DNA from: Elusimicrobiota bacterium
GTDB lineage: Bacteria; Elusimicrobiota; Elusimicrobia; UBA1565
Direction: 5' to 3'
Assembly (NCBI GenBank): GCA_016212885.1
Contig: JACRDO010000132.1
Coordinates: 28,779 to 92,778 of the forward strand
Length of the DNA: 64,000 nt
A program made the position numbers and the translations under genes. Shown here piece by piece: positions 18,812-26,648 of the stretch. How positions within the stretch are numbered: the stretch's first letter is position 1; each line of letters opens with the position of its first letter. The notes beneath the pieces were generated by a model. That model saw nothing but the letters and a program-made list of their open reading frames with translations. It did not search any database and was not told where the DNA came from.

Positions 18812-21331
18812 TTGAGCGGTGACATGGACGCTGTCATCATCGTCCTGATCCCGGTGCTGTTCCTGACGCTGGCGGCCAGCATGCTGGTCGTCAGCCAGGT
18901 TTCCGGCTTCTTCCAGTCCAACAAGTACTCCCGCAAGCGCCAGCAGGACCGCATGGAGATCCAGCGGTTCATGGCCCAACTGGCCGGCGCGCAGAGCCAG
19001 GTCTTTGCGCGCAGCAAGGAGCTCGAGCGGCTCTCGGCGAACCTGCAGCTCAGCAACCAGGAGCTGGCCCGGCTCAACAGCATGAAGACGAAGTTCCTGT
19101 CGATGGTTGTCCACGATATGAGGACCCCGCTTGCCTCCATCAAGGGGTTCGGCGAAATGCTCAGCCGCCAGACGCTCCCGGCGCAGCAGACGAAGTATGT
19201 GAACTATATCGTCAGCGGCACGGACCAGATCAACCAGCTGATGGCCGACCTCACGGACCTCGCGGTCATCGAAGCAGGCAAGCTCAAAATGGAAAAGCAG
19301 CCATTCGCCTTGTCCGACATGGTCAATGACCTCGTGCCCGGGATTGGCCTGCAGGCGCAGAAGAAGGGCGTGATTTTCACGGCGCCGGAGCCGCCGCGGG
19401 GGATCACCGTAATCGGGGACAGCTTCCGTCTGCGCCAAGCGCTCCAGAACTTCCTCACCAACGCGGTCAAATTCACCCCCGCGGGGGGAAAAGTCGAGCT
19501 GAGGGTCAGCGTGGGCCCGCGGGGCGCGCTGTTCCAGGTCAAGGACACGGGCCCGGGCATCCACGCCTCCGAGCGCAAGCGCATCTTCGAGAAGTTTTAC
19601 CAGTCGCAGTTCGGGGACCCGAAGGCGCGCCAGAAGGGCTGGGGGCTCGGCCTCTCGATCGCGCAGGAGATCATCCGCTCGCACCAGGGGGAGATGGGGG
19701 TGGATTCCGCCGGGCTCGGCAAGGGCGCCACCTTCTGGTACCGCATCCCGCTCAAGCCCTCCAGGATGGCGGCCTACGCGCTCGCAAAGACCGCGGCGGC
19801 CGTCCTCCTGCTGGCCCTGCTCCTGCCGGGGGCCCGGGCCCAGCAGACGCTCCCGATCGAGGAGAAGGCGAAGTTCGAGAAATCCCTCGAGGACCGCGCC
19901 AACACGATCCTGCTCCACATCCTGGGGCCCAACCGCGGGCGTGTCGTAGTCGACGCCACGCTCGACTTCACCCGCATCGAGAAGTTCGACGTCAAGAGCG
20001 GAGCCGTATCGCCTGACCGGGAGACCCTCTACCTCTGGGAGAAGGTGGGAGCCCAATCGGGCGGCCAGGACCTGCTCCCGGGCATCCCGCCCCAGGAGCA
20101 GCTGCCGAACGCGAACCTGGCGCGCTCCTACGAGCGGCAAAACTCCTTCCCGACGGCCTTTATCAAGAGACTCAAGGTGACGGTTATCTTGGACGGCGCT
20201 GTCGGCGCCGACCAACGCAAGATCATCACGGATGCCCTGACGGAGGCTCTCGACCTCAAGAAAGATCGGGGAGTGGATGCAAACGGCTTCACGCTCAAAG
20301 ACGAAATGCTGATCGTTCCCGCCACCTTCGCCCCCGCATGGAAGACGGTCTGGTACACCCCGGAATCCGCAAGCCTCCTCTTCAAATACGCGCTCATCAG
20401 CCTGATGACGCTGATCACCCTCATCGTCGTCGCGGCCTGCTTCCTGAAGCTCGCGGAGGCGATGGACTCGATGGCGCAGGCGCAGGCCCATCAGCTCCAG
20501 ATGGACTTCGGCCAGCAGGGCGCCGACCTCGCCGGGAAGGAAGAGGAGGAGAAGAAGAAGAAGGAGGAGGAGGCCAAAGCCGAGAGCGCGGAGGCCGCCT
20601 CCACCAAGATCGTCTTCAACGTCAAGGTGGAGCAGATCGAGACGCTCATCGAGATGGTGCGCAGCCAGGACGCGGAGAACATCTCCCTCATCGCCGCGCA
20701 CCTCCCGCCCGACGTCAAGAAGGCGTTCCTGGCCAAGCTCCCGCCGAGCGTCTACAGCGAGGTGATCTTCTATCTCGGCCGCGTGCGCTTCATCGACCAG
20801 GAGGTTGTCTCCACCGTCAAGGACGAGCTGGAGCGGCGCCTGGAGAGCGCGGTCGGCGGCCGGTCGAACCTCCTCGGCATGATCGAGGCCTCGGACCTCA
20901 AGTCCAAGCGCGAGCTCCTCAAGCTGCTCGAGGAGCGCGACCCCGACCTTGCGCGGCAGCTGCGCGAGCAAATCCTGCTCTTCGAGGACCTCTCGGACCT
21001 CGAGGAGAAGGACTGGTCCTTGGTCTTCTCGGTCGTCACGCTCGAGGAATGGGCCTTCGCGCTCTACGATGCCCCGGAGGATCTGGTCGAGGCGCTCAAG
21101 AGCCAGATGCTTCCGAAGACCTGGGCCATCCTGTCCCAGATGATGCAGGTGGGCCGTCCCTCGGAAAGGGCCATCGAGGAGGCGCACGAGCGCATCGTCA
21201 ACTCGGTCTGGAAGCTGGTTCAGGACGGCCGCATCACCAACCCCATCACCCGCCGCATCGAGCGCATGGCCGCCCGGCCGAAGGAAGAGGGCCCTCCCCC
21301 CTTGGTCGAGGGCGCCGCGGAGCTGGGCTAG
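18812..21331 (+). CDS. Fusion protein (839 aa): N-terminal TM helix + sensor-less histidine kinase (HisKA + HATPase_c) - TM helix - ~180-aa periplasmic domain - TM helix - acidic/Lys-rich linker - FliG middle and C-terminal (motor torque) domains. Overall FliF-FliG-like topology.
   Basis: H-box SMVVHDMRTPLASIKGFGEML. N/G boxes FLTNAVKFTPAGGKVELRV...DTGPGI...GWGLGLSIAQEII. Hydrophobic helix AAAVLLLALLLPGARA. Periplasmic segment with KVTVILDGAVGADQRKIITDALTEAL. Second TM LLFKYALISLMTLITLIVVAACFL. EEEEKKKKEEEAKAE linker. FliG_M-like ENISLIAAHLPPDVKKAFLAKLPPSVYSEVIFYLGRV. FliG_C-like LLFEDLSDLEEKDWSLVFSVVTLEEWAFALYDAPEDLVEALKSQMLPKTWAILSQMMQVGRPSERAIEEAHERIVNSVWKLVQDGRI (compare FliG ...FEDI..LDDR.IQ..LREVD...LALALK....EL.EK...NMS.RA...L.ED.E.LGPVRLKDVEEAQQKIIN..R.LEE.GEI). 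No stop codon separates the kinase and FliG parts. The ATG at 18824 is an alternative start. Confidence 0.75.
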   Translation: MSGDMDAVIIVLIPVLFLTLAASMLVVSQVSGFFQSNKYSRKRQQDRMEIQRFMAQLAGAQSQVFARSKELERLSANLQLSNQELARLNSMKTKFLSMVVHDMRTPLASIKGFGEMLSRQTLPAQQTKYVNYIVSGTDQINQLMADLTDLAVIEAGKLKMEKQPFALSDMVNDLVPGIGLQAQKKGVIFTAPEPPRGITVIGDSFRLRQALQNFLTNAVKFTPAGGKVELRVSVGPRGALFQVKDTGPGIHASERKRIFEKFYQSQFGDPKARQKGWGLGLSIAQEIIRSHQGEMGVDSAGLGKGATFWYRIPLKPSRMAAYALAKTAAAVLLLALLLPGARAQQTLPIEEKAKFEKSLEDRANTILLHILGPNRGRVVVDATLDFTRIEKFDVKSGAVSPDRETLYLWEKVGAQSGGQDLLPGIPPQEQLPNANLARSYERQNSFPTAFIKRLKVTVILDGAVGADQRKIITDALTEALDLKKDRGVDANGFTLKDEMLIVPATFAPAWKTVWYTPESASLLFKYALISLMTLITLIVVAACFLKLAEAMDSMAQAQAHQLQMDFGQQGADLAGKEEEEKKKKEEEAKAESAEAASTKIVFNVKVEQIETLIEMVRSQDAENISLIAAHLPPDVKKAFLAKLPPSVYSEVIFYLGRVRFIDQEVVSTVKDELERRLESAVGGRSNLLGMIEASDLKSKRELLKLLEERDPDLARQLREQILLFEDLSDLEEKDWSLVFSVVTLEEWAFALYDAPEDLVEALKSQMLPKTWAILSQMMQVGRPSERAIEEAHERIVNSVWKLVQDGRITNPITRRIERMAARPKEEGPPPLVEGAAELG

Positions 21332-21334
21332 GCT

Positions 21335-22459
21335 ATGGCGGAGAAAGTCGACTTCCTTCTCGCCTCCCTGCGCGGCCAGCCACCGCCCGAGGCCCCGCCG
21401 TCCGTCGAGGCCCAGGCGGCTGCGGCCGCCTCGGAAGAGCAGCTCGCCCCTCTGCGCTCGAAGGTCGAGGAGCTCGAGCGCAAGCTCGCCGAGCTCTCGG
21501 CGCCGCCCGCCCCGCCGGAAGGCGCGGAGGCTCCGGCGGAGCCGCCCAAGCCGCCGACCGAACTGATGATGTTCCTGCACACGCGCATGGAGCTTCTCGA
21601 GCGCCGCCTGGAGCTCGCCCAGCAGGAGGCCCTGCGGGCCAACCTGGTCCTCCGCGAGCGCGAGGAAGCGCAGAAGAAGGCCCAGGGCGAGGTCGAGGAG
21701 CTCTTCCGCTCGATCCGCGAGCAGGAGCGCTCGGCCCGCTTCGACCGGAGGCTGCGCGAGCAGTACTCCGCGACCCACTCCCGCGTGGAGGAGCTGGAGG
21801 CCCGGCTGGCCATGGCCCAGCTGCGCATGGTCCCCGCCGACGAGGTTCTCCGGTCTATCGAGAGGGAGGAGGGCTTGGGCGAGCTCCGTTCCCGGCTGAA
21901 GGAGCAGCTTTCAAGGATGTCCGGGGGGGAGCCGTCCGTCGGCGCCCCGGCGCCGGCCCCGCCCCCAGCGCCTCCGGCAGGGGCCCCGGACCGGCCCGAG
22001 GGACCCGCACGGCCCGCGCAGGACGCCCCGTTCAACTATAGCGAGCTTCCGCCCCTTTCCATCGTGACGGCCAAGATCGCCGATCTTGAGCTTCGGCTCG
22101 CGGAGGCCGAGAAAGCCCGCGAGAAGGAGCGCCAAAGCCGCCTCCTCTGGGAGAACAACGTCCTTCAGGCGCTCCGGCAGTCCTCCGGCCGCTGGCAGAA
22201 AGCCGGCGGAGCCGGGCTTCTGGTGGAGGCGACTTTGGAGAGTATGGTAGAGTTGCTCAAGAAGAGGGACCTCCTCGCCGGGGAGACGGCTCAGATCCTG
22301 GACAGGCTCCGGTCCGAGCCGCCGGGCTCGGGGGAGGAGCCCCTCCTGCGGGCGCGGCTCGCGGAGCTGCGCAAGAGCATCGAAGAGCTCCAGGGCGAGC
22401 TCGACAAGAAGATGGCGATCGTCAACGCCTGGACCGAGCGGAATAAAGGCAAGGATTAA
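21335..22459 (+). CDS. Coiled-coil protein with Pro/Ala-rich low-complexity segments (374 aa). Possibly a FliH-like or scaffold component of the adjacent motor genes.
   Basis: ORF starts 3 nt after the FliG-fusion stop and ends 1 nt before motA (TAAATG). Heptad-rich segments (LRSKVEELERKLAELS, LELAQQEALRANLVLREREEAQKKAQGEVEEL, IADLELRLAEAEKAREKERQ). No recognizable catalytic motif. Confidence 0.5.
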   Translation: MAEKVDFLLASLRGQPPPEAPPSVEAQAAAAASEEQLAPLRSKVEELERKLAELSAPPAPPEGAEAPAEPPKPPTELMMFLHTRMELLERRLELAQQEALRANLVLREREEAQKKAQGEVEELFRSIREQERSARFDRRLREQYSATHSRVEELEARLAMAQLRMVPADEVLRSIEREEGLGELRSRLKEQLSRMSGGEPSVGAPAPAPPPAPPAGAPDRPEGPARPAQDAPFNYSELPPLSIVTAKIADLELRLAEAEKAREKERQSRLLWENNVLQALRQSSGRWQKAGGAGLLVEATLESMVELLKKRDLLAGETAQILDRLRSEPPGSGEEPLLRARLAELRKSIEELQGELDKKMAIVNAWTERNKGKD

Positions 22460-23197
22460 ATGGACATTACGACACTCTCCGGCATCGTCGGCGTCTTAGC
22501 CATGGTGCTCATCGGGGGCTTCACCGGCGAGCTCTCCGCGGTCTTCCTGAACGCGCACGGCATCGTGATCGTCTTCGGCGGGACCGCCGTCGCCATGCTC
22601 ATCAATACGCCGCTGCGCTATGTTCGGGAGACGCTCCTGGCGTTGGCGGAGCTCTTTCGGGGAGACCGCTTCAGCGACCCGGGCGAGCTGATCCCGGTGC
22701 TGGTGCGCCTTTCCGAGCAGGTCCAGGCGCACGGACTCGGGGCCCTGCGGGGCATCGACGAAAGGGCCGCGGGCGGCTTCCTCGGCCAGGCCGCCACCAC
22801 TGCGATGGAGTACAACAACCCCGACTTCGTCCGGCGCGTGCTGGAGACCGAGGTCAACAACAGGGTGGACCGGGCCAACGAGGTCATCAACGTGGTCCGC
22901 ACCATGGGCGTTGTCGCACCGATGTTCGGCCTGCTCGGCACCCTCATCGGCATCGTGCGGGTCATGGCCGTGCTCACCGACCCGGTGAAGGTCGCCCCGG
23001 CCATGGCTGTCGCCATCACCACGGCCTTCTACGGCATCGCCTTGGCCAACCTGGTGGCGGTCCCCATGGCCGGCAAGATGCGCTTCAGGCTGTGGGAGGA
23101 GATCAAGGTCCGGGCGATGGTCATTGAGGGCGTCATCGGCATGATGCAGGGCACGGTCCCCCTGGTGCTCGAGCGCCGCCTGCAGGCTTTCAAATAG
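22460..23197 (+). CDS. motA: MotA/PomA-family stator proton-channel subunit (MotA/TolQ/ExbB superfamily), 245 aa.
   Basis: Four-TM architecture with a large cytoplasmic loop between TM2 and TM3. C-terminal signature TTAFYGIALANLVAVPMAGKM. N-terminus MDITTLSGIVGVLAMVLIGG typical of MotA. Confidence 0.85.
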   Translation: MDITTLSGIVGVLAMVLIGGFTGELSAVFLNAHGIVIVFGGTAVAMLINTPLRYVRETLLALAELFRGDRFSDPGELIPVLVRLSEQVQAHGLGALRGIDERAAGGFLGQAATTAMEYNNPDFVRRVLETEVNNRVDRANEVINVVRTMGVVAPMFGLLGTLIGIVRVMAVLTDPVKVAPAMAVAITTAFYGIALANLVAVPMAGKMRFRLWEEIKVRAMVIEGVIGMMQGTVPLVLERRLQAFK

Positions 23198-23200
23198 ATC

Positions 23201-23881
23201 ATGGCCGTCTACCGCTTCAGGAAGGAGGAGCTCGAGGGACATCTCAACAGGAACGCCCTCTGGGCGATCGTCTACGGGGACATGATGAGCTACCTCATGA
23301 TCCTCTTCCTCCTCCTGCTCTCCACCGCGCTCATGAAGAACGTCAAGAAGGAGGATAGGCCGGAGGTCGAGAAGTCCCTCATGGAGATCCAGGTGGTCTT
23401 CGGCGGCAAGGTGGACAAGGCGTACGAGGAGAAGAGGTCGCGCGACGAGAAATTCTTCAAGATCTCCGAGGCGCTGAAGGGGATGCAGAGCGCCAACGTC
23501 AGCGTCATCGCCACCGAGAAGCTCGTCCGCGTGCAGCTCGGGGAGGGCGTTCTCTTCGACTCCGGCAGCGCGGAGCTCAAGGAGAGCGCCGCGCCGCTGC
23601 TGGAGCCTATCGCCAAGCAGATGCTCGTCCCCGACAACCAGATCCGCGTCGAAGGCCACACCGACACCGTCCCTATCCGAAAAGGCAAGTACAAGTCCAA
23701 CTGGGAGCTCTCCATGGCCCGCGCCTATTCGGTCGTCCGGACGCTCGAGGGGATGGGCGTCAAGCCGGAGCGGCTCTCCGGCATCGGCTACGGCGAGTAC
23801 CGCCCGGTCGCCGCCAACGACACCCCTGAGAACAAGGCCAAGAATCGCCGCATCGAGATCAACCTGCTGCGGTCGGAATAG
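23201..23881 (+). CDS. motB: MotB-family stator subunit with a C-terminal OmpA-like peptidoglycan-binding domain, 226 aa.
   Basis: Single TM helix carrying the conserved protonatable Asp (WAIVYGDMMSYLMILFLLLL). OmpA domain GHTDTVPI...NWELSMARAYSVVRTLEGMGVKPERLSGIGYGEYRPVAANDTPENKAKNRRIEI. Confidence 0.85.
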   Translation: MAVYRFRKEELEGHLNRNALWAIVYGDMMSYLMILFLLLLSTALMKNVKKEDRPEVEKSLMEIQVVFGGKVDKAYEEKRSRDEKFFKISEALKGMQSANVSVIATEKLVRVQLGEGVLFDSGSAELKESAAPLLEPIAKQMLVPDNQIRVEGHTDTVPIRKGKYKSNWELSMARAYSVVRTLEGMGVKPERLSGIGYGEYRPVAANDTPENKAKNRRIEINLLRSE

Positions 23882-23897
23882 TATAATCTGCCGGCCC

Positions 23898-24593
23898 GTG
23901 CGCGCGCTCATCCTAACGGCGGATAACGCCTTTGCCCTCAGGCTGACGGGCCTGCTGAGAGGCCTGGGCTTGTCTGTCGATGTCCTCCACAGCCTCTCCT
24001 CGGCCGCGGCCAGGACCCGCTGCGAGCTGGCGGTGGTGGATTGGGACGCGGTCCGCTCCGGGCCGGCCCAGGCCCTCCCGCGCCTGCGCGGCTTGGCGTG
24101 GAGGGTGGTCCTCCTGGCAGGGGCCGATGTCGTCTATGGGCCGCAGATGGCCGAAGCGCTCGCCTGGGGGGTCTGCGACGTCGTCTTGAAGACCCTCAAG
24201 GATCCGGCCCTGGCGGGCCGGATCGCGGCTCAGCTTAAGTCCCGGCGCTACTCGGCGATCGAGCCGCGAGGCTGCGGATTGCGGCTGGACAAGGCGGCCC
24301 GGCGGGTGTGGGCGCGCCGCGGACGCGGCTGGAAGGAGATCCCCGCCCTGCCGCCCAAGGAATTCGATCTCCTGTGCGCCTTCTTGGAGCACCCGGGGGC
24401 GGCGCTCCGGCGCGCGGCCCTCCTGGAGCGCTTCTGGCCCGGGAGATCCGGCGACGTCAACCCGGAGACCGTGGACCGGCACGTCCAGCGGCTCAGGCGC
24501 CGGCTCGGGGCCGTCGGGTGGCTGATCGTTTCGGTGCGCGGCGTCGGCTACCGCTTCAGTTTAGGAGAGAGTCCCCATGACAAACGCGGATGA
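23898..24593 (+). CDS. OmpR/PhoB-type winged-helix transcriptional regulator with an atypical (possibly pseudo-) receiver domain. GTG start.
   Basis: C-terminal Trans_reg_C motif LPPKEFDLLCAFLEHPGAALRRAALLERFWPG...VDRHVQRLRRRLG...VSVRGVGYRF. The N-terminal receiver-like fold keeps a candidate phospho-Asp (LAVVDWD) and a Lys (VVLKTLKD) but lacks the N-terminal acidic DD pair. Confidence 0.7.
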   Translation: MRALILTADNAFALRLTGLLRGLGLSVDVLHSLSSAAARTRCELAVVDWDAVRSGPAQALPRLRGLAWRVVLLAGADVVYGPQMAEALAWGVCDVVLKTLKDPALAGRIAAQLKSRRYSAIEPRGCGLRLDKAARRVWARRGRGWKEIPALPPKEFDLLCAFLEHPGAALRRAALLERFWPGRSGDVNPETVDRHVQRLRRRLGAVGWLIVSVRGVGYRFSLGESPHDKRG

Positions 24594-25938
24594 GACGAAG
24601 AAGGAGCTGGGCCTCAAGGAGTCGATCAAGATCCTTTTCCAGGCCTCCAAGGGCTTCTGGCTCGTGAACATGGTCAATTTCGGCGACGGCATCGCCTATT
24701 TCGGGATTCTGACCCTGCTCACGCTCTTTCTGGGCAAGGAGCGGCTCGGCATGAGCGATCATGCCGCCGGCCTGTCGGTCTCCGCGTTCACGGGCTTGGT
24801 CACCCTGTTCATGTTCGGCGGCGGGTTCATCTCGGACAAGCTCGGCGTGCGGCGGGCGCTCACCCTCTGCCTGATCCTCTGCTTGGGGGGCCGCGTGCTC
24901 CTCTCGGGCTCGCCGTCTTTCGGCGGCGGCGCGCACTTCGCGGCCTGGCTGGGCCTCCTCGTCCTCTCCTTCGGCGAGGGCGTCATCCAGCCGGCCCTCT
25001 ACGCGGGGGTCAAGGAATACACGGACTCCAGGACCGCGACCATGGGCTACGGCATACTCTATGCCATCATGAACCTCGGCATCGTAGCCGAGAACTTCAT
25101 CTCCCCTTTCGTGCGCACGGACAAGGAATTCATTCTCGGGGTCAAAGGCCTGGGCCTGGGCTTCGACGGGGTCTTCTGGATGTGCACCGGCATCACGCTG
25201 ATCATGCTCGCGGTGCACCTGGGCCTCTTCACCAAGAAGGTCGAGGAGACCGACCGGGTGGCCGTGGACGCGCCCAAGACCGAGGAGCCCCAGAAATCCC
25301 TCCTGGAGAAGATCCGGGAGCTCCCCTTCCTGGACCCGCGGTTCATGTTCTTCATCTTCATCCTCCTGCCGGTGCGCACCCTTTTCGCGCACCAGTTCCT
25401 GACCATGCCGGACTACGTGTTCCGGGCCTACGCGCCGGAGGTGAGCGCCAAGTTCGAGTGGATCGCCGGCTTGAATCCCTTCATCATCGTGATCTTCGTG
25501 CCGGCCATCGCGGCCATGACGCGCAAGGTCAACATCATCACCATGATGATCATCGGGACCAGCATCTCGGCCCTCACCACCTTCATCCTCGTGCCGGGGC
25601 CGGACCTGACGCGGCTGATCCTCTACACGCTCCTGTTCTCCCTGGGAGAGGCGGTCTGGTCCTCGCGCTTCCTGGAGTACGTGGCGGACCTGGCGCCGCA
25701 AGGCAAGGTGGGCGCCTACATGGGCCTGGCCGGCATCCCCTGGTTCCTGGCCAAGTTCACGACCGGCCTCTATTCCGGCCGGATGCTCGAGATCTTCGTC
25801 CCCAAGGGCGGGGCCCTGAACACGAGCACGCTTTGGCTGATCTACGCCCTCATCGCCTGCATCAGCCCGCTGGGCCTGCTGCTCGCCAGGAGCTGGCTCC
25901 TAGGCCACAAGAAAGCGATGTCTGGAGGCGCGTCATGA
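24577..25938 (+). CDS. Major facilitator superfamily (MFS) transporter, 453 aa.
   Basis: 12 predicted TM helices. Good RBS (AGGAGAGAG) 6 nt upstream of the ATG. MFS-like loop motif [13 protein letters not shown]. Overlaps the regulator stop by 17 nt. Confidence 0.8.
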   Translation: MTNADETKKELGLKESIKILFQASKGFWLVNMVNFGDGIAYFGILTLLTLFLGKERLGMSDHAAGLSVSAFTGLVTLFMFGGGFISDKLGVRRALTLCLILCLGGRVLLSGSPSFGGGAHFAAWLGLLVLSFGEGVIQPALYAGVKEYTDSRTATMGYGILYAIMNLGIVAENFISPFVRTDKEFILGVKGLGLGFDGVFWMCTGITLIMLAVHLGLFTKKVEETDRVAVDAPKTEEPQKSLLEKIRELPFLDPRFMFFIFILLPVRTLFAHQFLTMPDYVFRAYAPEVSAKFEWIAGLNPFIIVIFVPAIAAMTRKVNIITMMIIGTSISALTTFILVPGPDLTRLILYTLLFSLGEAVWSSRFLEYVADLAPQGKVGAYMGLAGIPWFLAKFTTGLYSGRMLEIFVPKGGALNTSTLWLIYALIACISPLGLLLARSWLLGHKKAMSGGAS

Positions 25939-26132
25939 CGGACTGCCCGAAGAAAGACGAGAACCTCAAGGACTGCAACTGCACCTATTCCTGCTCCAAG
26001 AAGGGGCGGTGCTGCGAATGCGTGGCCTACCACCGGAGCCAAGGCGAGTTCCCGGCCTGCTTCTTCACGGCCCAGGGCGAGCGGACCTACGACCGCTCCT
26101 TCGCCGCGCTGCAGAAGTACCATAGGAGCTAG
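25935..26132 (+). CDS. Small Cys-rich protein (65 aa), putative metal-binding, function unknown.
   Basis: ATG overlaps the MFS stop (ATGA). GGAGG RBS 7 nt upstream. Sequence [44 protein letters not shown] has 8 Cys in 41 residues (C-x9-C-x-C-x3-C-x4-CC-x-C-x12-C). Confidence 0.4.
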   Translation: MTDCPKKDENLKDCNCTYSCSKKGRCCECVAYHRSQGEFPACFFTAQGERTYDRSFAALQKYHRS

Positions 26133-26138
26133 CCGAAG

Positions 26139-26612
26139 ATGAAGGGATTCTCCCTCCTCTGCGCGATCCTCTTGGCCGCGTCGGCTGGGGCGGGCGGATG
26201 GAAGGCCCGCCGGTTCGAGAGGACCTATGAGAATGGCCGGCTGAGGATCGAGGTCAAAGTCCCCGGGGACTGGAAGCTTAAGGAGAACCCATCCTCCCTC
26301 ATCTGGACAATGCCGGAGCGGGAGGGGGAGGCTTTCGCGATCCATTGGCTGAACCCGGACCGCATCTACGACGTCGAATCCATCTGCCGCTCCGGGATGT
26401 GCGTCGACGAGGCGGCCTTGAAGGACGCTTCGGGCTCCAGGATCCGGATCGCCAGGCCCACGCCGGAACGCCAAAGCGCCATGGGCCTCTCCAAGGATTT
26501 CCTTTTCGCGGAGCCAATCAATTCGAAGGACCGGATCACCCTCTGGTTCACCACGGACCATCTGCCCAGCGCGATGTTCAGGAAAGTCCTTTCCACGCTG
26601 AAACATCGCTGA
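26139..26612 (+). CDS. Secreted hypothetical protein (157 aa).
   Basis: Signal peptide MKGFSLLCAILLAASAGAGG. AGGAG RBS upstream. No recognizable domain. Confidence 0.5.
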   Translation: MKGFSLLCAILLAASAGAGGWKARRFERTYENGRLRIEVKVPGDWKLKENPSSLIWTMPEREGEAFAIHWLNPDRIYDVESICRSGMCVDEAALKDASGSRIRIARPTPERQSAMGLSKDFLFAEPINSKDRITLWFTTDHLPSAMFRKVLSTLKHR

Positions 26613-26648
26613 AACAGCGGCGGGCCATACCCTCGGATAGGCCGTCGG

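Noticed and set aside
18563-21778. 1071-aa minus-strand ORF antisense to the histidine-kinase-FliG and coiled-coil genes
   Set aside because: Extreme Arg/Leu/Gly composition (including an LLLLLLLLLLL run) with no domain signatures. The plus-strand genes have clear HisKA, HATPase and FliG motifs.
23882-23887. TATAAT hexamer immediately after the motB stop as a promoter for the regulator gene
   Set aside because: No plausible -35 partner, and it lies only 10 nt before the GTG start. The regulator is more likely co-transcribed with motAB. Noted only as a possible weak internal promoter.
22496-25701. Minus-strand ORFs antisense to motA/motB (22496..23911), the regulator (23913..24482) and the MFS transporter (24556..25701)
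   Set aside because: His/Arg/Asp-rich nonsense translations. The plus-strand frames carry MotA, MotB/OmpA, winged-helix and 12-TM MFS signatures.
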